Source: the human T2T-CHM13v2.0 reference genome, Homo sapiens. Taken from it: 64,000 nt of DNA. A program made the position numbers and the translations under genes. This document shows positions 41,396 to 54,976 of the stretch, piece by piece. The notes under the pieces are model-generated. The model did no database searches and was not told the origin of the DNA. It saw nothing but the letters and a program-made list of their open reading frames with translations. How positions within the stretch are numbered: position 1 is the first letter of the stretch; every line of letters starts with the position of its first letter. The stretch lies in the NCBI RefSeq assembly GCF_009914755.1, contig NC_060933.1, one strand, 5' to 3'.

Positions 41396-44277
41396 ATAAT
41401 TAGACAAAATCTTGGTAATTACAATTCCTGCCACAGTCCCATACTATTAAAAAGTAAACAACATAACCTTCCAAAAACTCAGATTAAGAAAATAAAAAAT
41501 CAGATAATAGCATAGTTGCCAGTATTGCGTCTGGTTGCTATGGAATAAAGGGCAGTCCGTTCATATATTCATTCTGTTCATTCACTGCTACTTAAGAGCG
41601 CTGCTACACTTTTAAAGCCCAGCTGGGCAAGTCTCAGCTTGTACCACCTATATCAGCTGCCAGTATTTTACTTTTGTTCCACAAAAGAGTGACCTACAAG
41701 AACAAAGATTTCCATTTTTAAAATTCATAATTAAATGAATGTTTACAAAAATTCTTAAAACAATTAAAAGCACCTTTACCCTCATCAAAAAAGTAAAGAC
41801 GTGCATACCAGGACTGAAAATTATTTACACTAATACATTGATTATGACATACATCATTAATTCCCAATAAGAGGAAATACAAATAATAGGAATTAAATAT
41901 ACAATATTTTTCTTTTTAAAAAACCTAGTAAGTATGGCATTTCTCCTTAAAATAAAGCCTACTGATGGTTTGGAAAACATTTTTAAATTTTATTTCTACG
42001 TCATTCTAAAAATAATCCATATACCAAAAATTACATTTGGAAATAATTAGAACATTAAGGTATTTATGCAAACTTTGAATGCAGATTTATAAAACTTGCT
42101 TTTTCTAGAAAAAAATATGGAGTTCAAAATTATAGATAAACAGTTACTTAAAACACTAAAGGCAGTACATTTGAGTTCTTTGCCTTTAAAAAAAGTTTTG
42201 TATTAGCCCTAAGAACATTTGCGGAGGAGTGTGGAGGCTGGAGTTCGACAGTCCTAATTCTGATGTTCTATGTCATTGTACAAGTCACTTACCCTCAGTT
42301 TTCTTACCTATAAGAAGTGGGGAGGAGGAAGGAGGGGTTCAACTTGATAACTTCCCAAGTCCATTCCAACTAAAAGAATCTGACTCTAAAATAAAACATT
42401 CTAATTATGTTTCTACTGAAATCCTGTATATTTGGGCCATTTGGAAACATGTGTGACTCTAGTGAGAGACCTTTTCACCTCTCTAATCTGCTGTAGTCCC
42501 ATGGCTGTCTCTTTTGGTCTGCTGTGCAGGGCCAGACATAGTAAACGGAAAGTGGAATATGGCAGTAAAATTAGTAGAGATAGGAAGAAAGGCTGAAGTT
42601 GGCCACTGAGAAAGAAAGATACTCATCACAGGGGATTTGAAGTTCCAGACCCAAAAGTTTAGCTGCTATGCAAACAGGGCCAGGTTATAAGATACAGATC
42701 ATTTCTTGCCCCCCCCAAAAAAAGCAACAAACAAACAAACAAAACTCTCCTTTAAATGTGAAGAGACAGTGTTCTTCCAAATTACAGCATTAAGTTATTG
42801 AGGAGTTACTCAAACATAGAATAAGTGGATCAATATTATTATTCCCACACTGAAAATGGCTGATTTTTAAATTATATCCTATAACGCAAATGTAGTACTG
42901 GTCAAATTTAAAACTAAACAACTTTGAAACACTAGAATAAAACTGCCTGTGCTTTCATTGATACTAAACAGAATGTAAAATAATAAAAAGCCAAATAAAA
43001 TTATACTTTGATTTTAAGTACAAGGTATCTAAAAGCACAGAAAAAGTTACTACTGTAAATGTTGAAACTCATCTTGCATTAAATTCATAAGGAAATCTAT
43101 AAATATTTCTGAAAATAACATGTACATTCTATAATCTTCTGTTTTGCAGGGTTACATTTACGTTTTATTCACATATTGTTTGGCTCATTAAACTTTATAC
43201 TGGTGTTTTCTTCATACACTGTATCTTCTATTTACTTTTGAAAAGTATAAAAATCTAATAGGCAGAATTACATAATGAAGATGTTTCCTAATGTCAGTTA
43301 GAATTATATATAACCCTTTGAGAAAAGAAACAGTTTAGTTCTAAAATAAGATCATTTAATTAGTGTATCACTTTGGTTATTTTGTATCACTTTACTACTC
43401 AGTTTGTCTAGTGACTCTGTACAGAAATATTTTTAAAGACCGCCACAAAATATATTAAGTCATACACAATTCCACTGAACCCTTTGGATCATAATGAAGT
43501 TTGGCAATTAAAGTTATTATACAAACAAAAAATGCAAGCTTATTTAATGCACTGTATTTACCTCTTCATATCTTAATCATTTAATTAGGTTCAAACAAGG
43601 AAACATCAGCTTTTAAAAAGATTTAGGTATAAATTTTGTGTTGTTTATTAAAATGCCATTAATCACTATTTGTTATAATACTAGTCTGCTCATTATAGAA
43701 TAGTTTCATGTAGTAAGACCATTATTACATGAATAACGATTTTTTTTTGGCTATAGATTTTAGAATTGTAAAATAAACTTCTTTCATACCAGTCTGGCCT
43801 CAGTCAAATAAAAAAACTAAGAGAAGGAACCTCCTCATTCCCTGAAGATACTAAACCACAAAATATTAAACTGCTTTGAGTGATATCATAAACTATCAGT
43901 ACATTAGCTCTTAGATGTCTCTTCCTTTATGTTCTATTAGAAACAAAATGAGTAGCAAACTTTGAAGGAAATATTCCAGAAGAAGCAGAAGATAGTTGGT
44001 TCTCTTCCCTCATCAACTTACAAAATGACTCAACTGTTTACTCAAATATACCCACAAACAAAGTTAAAAGAATGGCAGACAAAAGATAACCCCATTTCAC
44101 CCTTGGGAGAGTTAGTCTTCAACACAGGTTTCTTCAAATATGGGCTACTGTCCCTGGACTTTCTCCCTTTCTTAACAATGGGTCAGGATTCAAGTAAAGG
44201 AGACTTGAATTCAATTACTAAACAAAAGATATGACCGGAAACCAAGAACAAACTTCCTGATTTAGAAATGCTGTGCT

Positions 44278-44496
44278 TGTAGGGTAACTACAGTCAACAG
44301 TAATTTATTGTACACTTTAAAATAACTAAAAGTATAATTAGAATGTGTGTAACACAAGGAAATGGTAAATGCTTAAGGTGACAGACACCCCATTTACTCT
44401 TACGTGACTACTATGCTTTGTATGCATGTATCGAAATATCCCGTAAATATATACCCTTAACATGTACCCATAAAAACAAAAATAATAAATAATAAG
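44278..44496 (+). mobile_element. 5'-truncated L1MA-type 3' end
   Basis: L1 3' UTR text with A-rich tail; perfect 14-bp TSD AGAAATGCTGTGCT at 44264-44277 and 44497-44510. Confidence 0.85.
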
Positions 44497-46826
44497 AGAA
44501 ATGCTGTGCTGAGAGAAAAAACAAGATCATTTTTAAATATTTTGTTTTAAACATAAGCATTTTTTCAAGTATACATTGAATCTGTTGTTAGCATAAGATT
44601 TAAATATTTTCAAAGCAACACAAAGTAAAGAATGATTCAAGGTTATTTCAATATGCAAATATTTCAAATTATATAGCTTTAGAGCAATAGAAGGTACTAC
44701 TTTGTTAAATCCATATAATGGGCATATGGGAGTTTATTATACTACTCCAGTGTAAGTTTTAAATGTTCCAAAATATAAAATGTTTTAGGAATATATACAT
44801 TTATGGTACACAGTTTTTTACTATATACTGACTTTACAACTGTAGGCTGCTTTAGATATCAGATAAACTAATCAGATATCCCAACTGGATATGCTAATTT
44901 TGTGTTTTTTATATATTAATATATTACCTTGTAATAATAAAATAATTACAAGAAAACTCTGAGGCAACACCTCAATTTAATCTTTTCTATATACAATGTC
45001 TAGAAATAGTCAAACCTCATACAATACTAGTCAAAGATCCCAGCACCTTGTTATAAAAATTTCCAACAAACAAAAAAACAAATGTGGTGCTCAAAAAGAG
45101 GCTAAGTACAATCTTTTTCCTTGGGTCCTCCCATTAGGTAAAAATCACAGTAAAGATTTTAAAAAGAAATTGTTCATTCAATAAATTATTTCACCATTCA
45201 TAATGTAATTTTTCCATCTTATTTTTATCTTTATTTCCAAATTCTCTACTAATTTCATTCAACTCCACTTTTCAGTATCTCTTCCAACACTTTTTTATCC
45301 TTCTTGATTCCCAAATATCGTTATGTCCTTTTTGTAACCCTCTACAATTGGAAACCTTAAAAAATATGTCCACATAGCTGAGAATATGCAATTTTGTATC
45401 TAATAACCCATTTCTCTCATTTCTTTATGCTCCTTAAAACTCAATGGAAATCTAAGTCATTTCGGGATTCCTACATTAACCAAAATAGTACTGCACTAAA
45501 TATACATTGATATAAATCCTTTAATTCCTCATTCAAAATTAAAGCTAAAAGACAAAATAAAAAACCAAAAGCTTAGAGACTAATTTATCCAATTATCTTA
45601 GGTCTCTGCTAGAATGTTTTTGAATCAAATATTAGAAATGTCATCAGTCATAGCAGTGATATTATTACTAGATATGCAGAATATGCAGAATATGGTGAAC
45701 TGGGATTCATATTTAGTCCCTGAAATGATATTTCTTTTTCTCTACATTGTACTAGTCACTGTTCATACTCTAGTTTTTCAAATTATATGATCCTGCACTT
45801 CATTTTTTACCCCATTCCTTCAGATTAAGGTGTTGTTCTGGGCATGGGGTGCCATCTATTGGCATTCTTTCTAAGGTTTATAATCCAGAAGGTAAACTGG
45901 AACTTCCAAAGCTCCCAGATAATGTACATTTGGGAAATTCCAGGCAGCAATGAAAATTAACAAAACACATTTTAATAGAGAGGCTTACATCATTAAAGAA
46001 GGAAGTCTTTACTTCAAAGTTTATCACGGGCAGTAGGACTGGAAGTGAGTGTTGCATCAGGATCGCTACAATTACCTCCTCTCACAAATTACTCTGATCT
46101 GTATCTCCAGTCCATAGTCATTTGCATTTCTATCAACCCCCAAAAATGCTCAAGCAAACCTAACCCAATCAAAATATTAAAATAAATCTCTTTCCAAGTT
46201 CCAAGATAAAAGAATCCCACCTTACTTCCAAGACATATGGCACTCAAATCTTTGCTGAAATATAAACCCACAACTACTATACAGCTCTACTCATTCAATA
46301 TTATTTAAAAGGTTTTACAATTCAAAACTTGGCAGACTTCTAAAAATAAGGAGATCAAATGTTGATCCAACAGCACAATATTTTAACCTCCTATAATTGG
46401 AATGAATTACAATTTTTGTCTTTAACTACAATTTAATTCAATTTCAGCATTCATGGCCTTTATTAACTGAAAGTAGCCTCTAAAAATCATCATACAATGT
46501 GAGACACTATTAAAAATTGCTCACAAAACTACACGAAGGTCATTCAAAGAACTTCATCAGACAGTTCCCCTAATCTTTCTTTGCCTCAAGAAAATAGCAC
46601 TAAGGTGGAAATACTAAATGTTCCTAATGATCCTCCAAGAGATGGATAATGCAAAAATCAGTGCACAAAAACAGTATTGATTGTTCTACAACACCAAGCA
46701 AAATGTAAATTAAAATGACTTTCTAAATATCTACATACACATACACAAAACACATTAAGTTAAACTCCATTTTTCTTAATATATCTACTACACTCTAATT
46801 GAAAAGTAATTTTTTTAACCAAGTTG

Positions 46827-47121
46827 TGTTTTGTTTTGTTTTGTTTTGTTTTGCTTTGTTTTTTTGAGACAGGGTTTCCCTCTGTTGCCCAGGCTCCGGG
46901 TTGTCTACAGCCTCCAGCCTCCACCTCGAGGGCTGAAGCAATACACCCACCTCAGTCCTGAGGGGGTGGTACTACAGGCAGGCACCACTGCACCCGGCTA
47001 ATTTTTTAATTTTTTGTAGAAACAGGGTCTCACTATGTTGCCCACACTAGTCTTGAACTCCTGGGCTCAAGGGATTCTCCCATCTCAGCCTCCCAATGTG
47101 CTGGGATTACAAGTGTGAGCT
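46827..47121 (-). mobile_element. AluJ with (TTTTG)n tail
   Basis: Diverged antisense Alu. Confidence 0.88.
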
Positions 47122-48441
47122 AAACAAAGTATTTTAAAATGCTCCTAAGACACATGCAATATAATCATTTTATGAAACAAAGAATCTAAATTTATGGGTT
47201 TCCGTGTTATGTACTGATTTTTCAAGTTGGGTTTTCACCATGGCACGTAAAATACATATTGTGCTTTTAAAGTTGTAAAGGTGATTTTCAGATTACTCAT
47301 ATAATAGCTTTTCATGTTTTTTATTAATGACCCTTAAACTGACACGTCATCAAAATTCATCTCTGAGACTGTCATTAGATATAATCAGATGCCAATCAGC
47401 AAATGCCTGATGTGACAGATTTTACTCTTTGGTTATTTAAAATAGCATAAATAGTATCAGGGGAAAACCTAAATTCTAATGCAAAAACATATATCCACAA
47501 AACCATTTATCCAAAGCAAAACATAAAGAGGTAGATTTAAGGCATCACTACTGTTACCTTGCTTATGAACTAGATTTTCTCACCAGTCTTTTTAATTCCT
47601 TTCTAAAATTTGTGCATGACTAAATCAAAATTCAGGTTCCTTAAAAAAGAAAGATATTATTTTCCATCTACTAATATACTAATGGATAGATATATACAGA
47701 TATATTGATTCTTTGGAAAAAAGGAATCACTAACAAAATTAAACAGAATGCCCGTCTTCACAAAAATAGATGTATTCTGCACAATATTACAGTAGGTAAG
47801 GAAAGAAATCTGGAAGAAATACTGGATCACCTGAGTCTTCTGTCTCCCACCTCCCTACGCCCCGTAAGTCCCACCTCAAGCCCCCACACCCGCCTAAACT
47901 TAATGGTCCAGGAAAATTAACTGGGGAAAATATGTAATGCACTGATGTCTAACAATAGAAACAGGATATGATTCCTAAATGTATCTGCTTTTCCTGCCCT
48001 TCTACAGCAACCTCCCCCATTCCTCCACAACTAAAACATGGAGGAAACTTAACTGACAAGCAAAGAATCTCTAAAATGGTTTTGAACATTAAAGTAAACT
48101 ATGCTGACTGAGACTGAAGGGGATGAGATATATTTTAAAGATGAAAGTTATACTGAAATACACAAATGCTATTAGGCATGCAAATCTGAATGTAGTCCAG
48201 AAACTTGAAAATGTCTAAGTTAATCAGTAAAAAACAAAGCATTCAAAAATAAATTTTTTAAATCAATAATTACAATCTAAGCTTTAATATACTCCCCTAT
48301 TAGGCTGGTAAAAGAGTTGAGTTACAGCAGAATATATGACTTATCCTGAATAAATGCAAAAATGCTTCCTCTTTTAGCCTGCTATGTTCTAAAATCTTGA
48401 GAAGTCTACTAACCAAAGTAGTATTAAAGTAAAAAAAAAAA

Positions 48442-48733
48442 TTTTTTTTTTTGAGATGGAGTCTTGCTCTGTTGCCCAGACTGGAGCGCACTGGCGTGAT
48501 CTCGGCTCACTGCAAGCTCCACCTCCTGTATTCACACCATTCTCTCACCTCAGCCTCCCGAGTAGCTAGGACTACAGGCGCCCGCCACCACGCCCAGCTA
48601 ATTTTTTGTATTTTTAGTAGAGACGGGGTTTCATCGTGTTAGCCAGGATGGTCTAGATCTCCTGACCTCGTGATCCACCCGCCTCAGCCTCCCAAAGTGC
48701 TGGGATTACAGGCATGAGCCACCGCACCCAGCC
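48442..48733 (-). mobile_element. AluY-like
   Basis: GCAAGCTCC, CCATTCTC and GTTAGCCAGGATGGTCT diagnostics. Confidence 0.93.
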
Positions 48734-50261
48734 TAAACTAAAAATTTTTTAAAATTTAAGAAAATGTATACTTCTTAAACAAAAGACTATTTTTCTGCTA
48801 CCAAAGCTGAATTAAAAGAATGCTTATCCAAGTATAAACAATATTAAGAAAAAGAAAAGCAGTAACTATTACCGATGGAAAAATATGAGACTAGTGTGGA
48901 GGATAGCAATGCTTTCCAGACCAGGGACCCCAAAGTAGTCCAAAGGCTCTCGGAGCTTGTCTAGACCTTGACGGGATTTTTAGCTCTTCTTAAAAACCAG
49001 TTGAATAGCTTCAATAATTGGGGAAGAAATGTCTTAAAAATGAGATCAACAGAAACCTAAATTAATTTTTATTCTGATCAGAGAGCACACATGCACTAGC
49101 TCGCTTTCGCACTCTCTCTCTCTCTCTCTCTCTGTTAAATTGCCTATCCACATACTCGGGAAATTATGTCCTGTTTTAAATATCTCATTGGTGAGCAACA
49201 GACAGGAGGAGCCCCAAATGTCAGACACTTGTCTGGCACACACACATAGAGAAGCTGGCTCCGGCAGGAGCTCAAGCTGTGAGACTCAGCTAATTCCTAT
49301 GTGGGTGAGAAAATGAGGGCACTTGGCCACCACTCTCTACAGAAGCCATTGAAATGGTGGAACCTTCTGAGACTTTGCTATAGGTATGGCCATTATGCTA
49401 GCACCAGGCTGTGGGTTTTCTTTCTTTCTTGTTCTTACCAGAAGAAACAATAAGCAAACAACTTGCTAGCCTTTGAGAACATGAGTAAGGGAAATGCCAA
49501 TTCCTGGCTCCATGTTATTGGCATGTTTCCTTCCCTTTCCCAGTGTCAATCTTGCTACAGAATCATAGATTGGAAAGGGCTTTAGAAATCCCATAGCCCT
49601 ATTGTTTCATGTTACAGATGGAGAAACTGAGACCTATAGGGTATAAGTGACCAGGCTAAGGTTTTACAGTTAGAAATAGAGTGAGAACCTTTATTTTCTC
49701 TTTAACCTCCTTTGGCTAGCATTTTTGAAGTCCTTTATATCTTGGCCTGGTCACTCGCTGTCCTTTCTCCTTTTATCATCTTTCACTGTATCTGTCTCCT
49801 CTTACCAACTAACACACTATTATTTTGAGGACAGCTGTCTCACTCTATTAGTTTTCCTAAGCTCAACTCCTATTACCCAATACCTCATTTTTGCCTAAAC
49901 AGGAATTACCAAGAACCTCCAGAAATCTTGACCAAGCACTCTAAAGCAAAGGCAAGCAGTACTAGCTGGGTATTACTGCTTCTAATAAAAGTGAGAAAGG
50001 AGAATCCAGGAATTAAAAGTCAACAACAGCAGGCATCTGTGATTGTGCAAACACAGTATTTATGGACTACAGATTTAACCCTAAGGTACTTAGCCAGAGG
50101 CCAGTACATAGCCAGGACTAAGAAGGGAGCCTTCTGAATCAAAACCACACTCAAATTACATAGTTAGTGGAACAAGGTTATAAATTTGTCCAAGAGGACA
50201 GTCAGATGAGTAGAAATTGTAAGATAATAATAGACTATCGGAAATGGTAAGAATAACCATA

Positions 50262-50639
50262 CAGTCACGCACCACATAACATTTCTGTCAACAACAAACC
50301 ACATCCCATAACAAAATGGAGCTCAAAAATTCCTATAGCCCAGTGACATCATAACCAACTAAACATCTTGACACAATGCATTACCTTTTCTACGTTTAGA
50401 TATGTTCAGATACACAAATACTTATCTCTGAGTTACAAGTGCCTACAGTATTCAGTCCAATAACATGCTACGCAGGTTTATAGACGAGAACAATATGCTA
50501 TACTATATAGCATAGGCGTGTAGCAGGCTATACCATCTAGGTGTGTGTTGGGTACACTCTATGATGTTCACACAATGATGAAATCACCTAACTACGTAAT
50601 TCTCAGAACATATCCATATCATTAAGTAATGTATGACTG
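50262..50639. mobile_element. Tigger3/Golem-family MITE
   Basis: Terminal inverted repeats CAGTCACGCACCACATAAC ... ATTAAGTAATGTATGACTG; internal GGCTATACCATCTAGG. Confidence 0.8.
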
Positions 50640-51879
50640 CATAACCTGACCATCCAAATCACATTTCCTAAACTTTTCCCAAAAGTTCCTTTTAAATCTG
50701 TGTCAAATTCACTGGCGAAAGGAAGCAGAGGAGGTGGCTAAGCTGAGAGTCAGTCTAATTGATATGTTGGGGCTAATTATCTACAAAAATAACGCAAAGG
50801 GGGTCATATAACTAAACACTTAACGGGAGTGGGGAGAATGGTGAAATGAGTGACACAGACAAACATCTGTACAATATACAATGCTTTGGCAAAAAAGAAA
50901 AGACATATAGTATCAGGTAAATTCTCAACTGAAATATATAAGTCAAATTTCCAGTTTGAGAAAGATTAGGACTGTTTATAGATCACTCTAAAATGAGAAA
51001 AGTATTTCATTCTGATGAAAATGTTCAGGAAAAATATAGAAATAAAGGAAATTACTGAATAGCAACTTTAATAATTAAGCAGCCAACTTGAAAATGTTAC
51101 TTAAACATCTTTAATATCTAATGAAAGGAAGCCACAGGTGATATATTTCCTCTATGATTTCATATTATATATTACACTAAATAATGTTCCAAGGTTACTT
51201 TACAACTCAAGATTGGGATTGACAAATCATCCCAAAATTATTTATTGCTGTAGGTACACAAGTAGTAACCTCACACATTTTTCTACCCTTAGTAAAGTAA
51301 CAATTCTAAGCAACGCATTATAAAAATGTAGAATAATTCTTTGATAAACTCATCTTTACACAACTGACTAGACTATTTATTATTATTAAACTTTACTGAC
51401 TACATTCAGTATAAAGTTTATAAATAGGGCTCAGACTGTTTTCAAATAATTCATGTATAACGTGAAAATAAAAATATAAGTGGGACAATGAACTGGACAA
51501 TGGGAGTATAACAGATAATGACATATTACATCATTAGTTCTTAATCTAAAATCCTTTGACCAGGAGAGTTATGCAAACCTAGTAAAAGGAGCCCATTATA
51601 AGGCTGCAGAGTAAAACTAAAACATAACTTTGGGCTAGCATTCTATTAATTCAGTGTGATAAGACTGGTTATCAAATGATAATCCAAGCCTGTGATTGGC
51701 AGCTTGTCTGTGCCTTATTTTTTAAAGTGGAGGAAAAAGAATAATTATTATTTAATGAGTATAAATTGGTAAGCAAAGTCTTTCAAAACTTTTTGGGCTC
51801 ATTAAAAAAGGGATGGTCAAAGGATTCTTAGGTAGCAAAAAGATTAGAATAGGTATTTTCTCAGCCTTCCCTAAAAATA

Positions 51880-52100
51880 AAGCCAACGCGTATTGAACAC
51901 ATATTGTGTCAAATACTGAGCAAAGTACGTTACATAAATTATCTCCTTTAATCCTCACAAAACCCCATAAGGCAGGGAAGATTGATCCTATTTTTCAAAT
52001 GAGAAAACTGAGGTTAAGTGAAGGTAATAACTTGTCCAAAGTCACACAACTAATGAGATTATCTGAAATCTGACTCCAAAGCCTGTTATTCACCAGTATA
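51880..52100. mobile_element. MIR (one of many MIR remnants in the window)
   Basis: TTAATCCTCACAAAACCCCATAAGG...ATGAGAAAACTGAGG...AACTTGTCCAAAGTCACAC core. Confidence 0.78.
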
Positions 52101-52287
52101 CTTATTCTATCCATCTATTTAAAGAACAAAACCTATTTATACCTATTTATTGATACTCTAAACACGTTTCCATTTTTAACTGATTTGTTTTCACTAAGAA
52201 CACTCTGCATTTGATACGAAATAAAAACTACAAATATAAAGATTTTGAAGCAATACAACTTGCTATAAAGTATACTTTCAAAAATCT

Positions 52288-52508
52288 AGCCTGGGCAATG
52301 TAGCAAGACCCTGTCTCTACAAAAAAAAAAAAAATTGAAATGTTTTAAATTTTAAAATGATGGCAACAGCCTGTAGTCCTAGCTACTCAGGAGGCTGTGG
52401 CAGGAGGACCACGTGAGCCCAGGAGATTGAGGCTGCAGTGAGCTATGACTATGCCACTGCACTCCAGCCTGAGTGACAGAGCAAAACCCTGTTTCAAAAA
52501 AGGAAAAA
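52288..52508 (+). mobile_element. 5'-truncated AluJ
   Basis: Starts late in the left arm; TSD-like AAAAATCT on both sides. Confidence 0.85.
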
Positions 52509-53064
52509 TCTTAGTGGCAAAAACTAACTGGTAAACTGTAGGACTATATTTTTAAAGAAAAATGCCTAACCTATTTTAGCAAGACCAGTATTTAAACATA
52601 GTGTTACTTTAATAAATGTTTTGGATTCTTTGAGGCAGTCTAACACACATGAACTACTATGCCTTGTAAGCTTACTTTATAAAAATATCACAATTAACTA
52701 ATTATAGTAAAATATGGACTAGTACAGATAAATCCATTATCAAGATTAAAAAGTTTATATGCTGTAACTGTATCTTTCTAAGCTTACTTAAGGAAGGTAT
52801 CACTGTTTCAGTATGTCTTTTAGAGTATATATTGCTGTGAAAAGAGTCGATGATACAAGAAGTAGCCCAAGATTGGATTCAGTATTCTCCTAAAAATCTC
52901 TCACTGAACAAATAAAATACAAAAAGCAATATAAGATCACTCCCAGTTTAAAAGTATATGGCACACAGTAGGGCTGGGAACCTAAAAGTTTTCAGATAAT
53001 AAGCCAAATTAAACAATCAAACTAGCCTATTCCAACAGCATGAAGTACGGATTGCATTCGTTTC

Positions 53065-53364
53065 TGTTTTTGGTGTTTTGAGACAGGGTCTTGCTCTGTC
53101 ACCCAGGCTAAAGTGCAGTGGCATGATCATAGCCCACTGTAACCTGAAACTCCTGGGCTAAAAAATTCTCTCACCTCAGTCTCCTGAGTAGCTTGAACTA
53201 CAGGCACGCACCGGCAAGGCTGGCTAATTTTCTTTTACTTTTTTTTACAGAAATGAAATCTTGCTATGTTGCCCAGGCTGCTCTTGAACTCATAGCCTCA
53301 GGTGATCCTTCTGCCTCAGTCCCAAAGTGTTGGGATTATAAATGTGAACCAATACAACCAGCCA
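53065..53364 (-). mobile_element. AluJ
   Basis: Diverged antisense dimer. Confidence 0.88.
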
Positions 53365-53890
53365 GAATTATCTAGATAATGTCAATACTATTTTATTATG
53401 AATTAGCCTGATAACCACTATTGCCATTTATTTTTCCAGTGGTTTTTTTAAAGATTATACAATAAAAAGCATATCACTATGCCATGTAAAAGTGTTATAA
53501 GAATGGACAATTATTGATATGTGCTAATCATATGAAATTTAAGAAGTATAAAGCCACATATCGCCAAATAGTATGATTCTCAGGGTAACCTAAGTTTTGA
53601 AATAAAGATTAAAATATCTACATAAGATAATCAACATATATGCCTATAGGACTAATGCCAGACAGTGCCAAAGATATCAATCTTTATATTGTTATATGTT
53701 GCGGTAATATGTATTAGTACACGAAGTTAGGTTCTGATGTAAAACTGCCAATTAAGATAGTATGTTAAACTCCATAAAAATAAGCCTATTATATGCTTCA
53801 ATGCATATATAATTAAAAATTTTTTTCTTTAAATAAAAGTTCTAGTGAGTTCACATTCTTAGTGATAATAATCTCATGTTGCAAACAGCA

Positions 53891-53907
53891 CAGCACCCTC
53901 TGGTGCA
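53891..53907 (-). promoter_or_regulatory. CTCF-like core motif
   Basis: Minus strand TGCACCAGAGGGTGCTG versus core CCACCAGRGGGCGC. Confidence 0.45.
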
Positions 53908-54932
53908 TCTGTTATAAGAAATATAAAATTCCCACAGAAAAGGACAGAATTGTAGAGTAAAAGTGAACCTTAGAAATCAATAGGTTGATAGTTTTTTTAT
54001 TTACTGCAGTACATATTTTTGAACATTAATACTTAAAAATATTATCATTTTAAAAGATCACTATAAACTTTATAGCAGTAAATGAAGTCAGGAAATGTCT
54101 TAGTTTGAAAATACTTAACCAACAAAAACAACACCTATTTCCAACATATAAAAAATGCTGTCAAAAAATTATTTCAGTAAAGGATGACAAAAGTTAACTT
54201 GTCATGTTAACCAAATTTCACTTTATTCAAATTGGCCTTGGGGTTTGACTTGGGTGTGTAAAATGTTCCTGTGTACTTTTTCTGGATTCAAAGGGAATTT
54301 ACCATTATTTATAAGAATTGATAAGTGTTTTGTGAAAGAATCTGCAGGTTCTACCACTTAAAAATAGAATATTCAGAAATAAAAGTTATGTTAAATTACG
54401 AATCTTGAGTAGTTCAAAACTTTTACTTTAAAAAAAAAAAACTTTTCCTAGAAAACTCTAAAAGTAGATTTTACTAACAACAAAAGCAAAGGATGCCACC
54501 TGCTTTAGACAGCCCTTTTGTCAACCACTGGAAGTCCCAACACAATGCAGTAAAAAATGAAAGTGACACCTGTTTAAAGCAGCCATCTGTCCCTAACAAG
54601 CCAGATTTAGTCAAATCCACTTAATCTTGGATTTCCAAAATATGGGAACACTATGTATCTGTGAATAGAGAGGAATTTAAAACATACTTTGTCATGGCCA
54701 CTGGGAATATATACCAAAGAGTTAAAGGCAAATTACTCAGTTATGAAAACTGTTTTTAAGGTAACTGAGCTCAAATAGAGGATTTTTAGCCAAAGGTTCA
54801 GCATTAAAACAAAATAACCAGGAGCCTCTCAAAAATGTTAAAGTTTACTTCTTCCCTATTCTCATTTCTTGTAACACATTCTCACTATGGATACTAAGAA
54901 CAAAGTAATATTCCTATTACTGTTCTGGAAAA

Positions 54933-54935
54933 GTG

Positions 54936-54974
<39 letters not shown>
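54933..54974. repeat. (GT)n microsatellite, about 21 units, one interruption
   Basis: Seen directly. Confidence 0.95.

Positions 54975-54976
<2 letters not shown>

Noticed and set aside
48431-48452. A-run/T-run palindrome
   Set aside because: Explained by the Alu tail meeting its A-rich target site.
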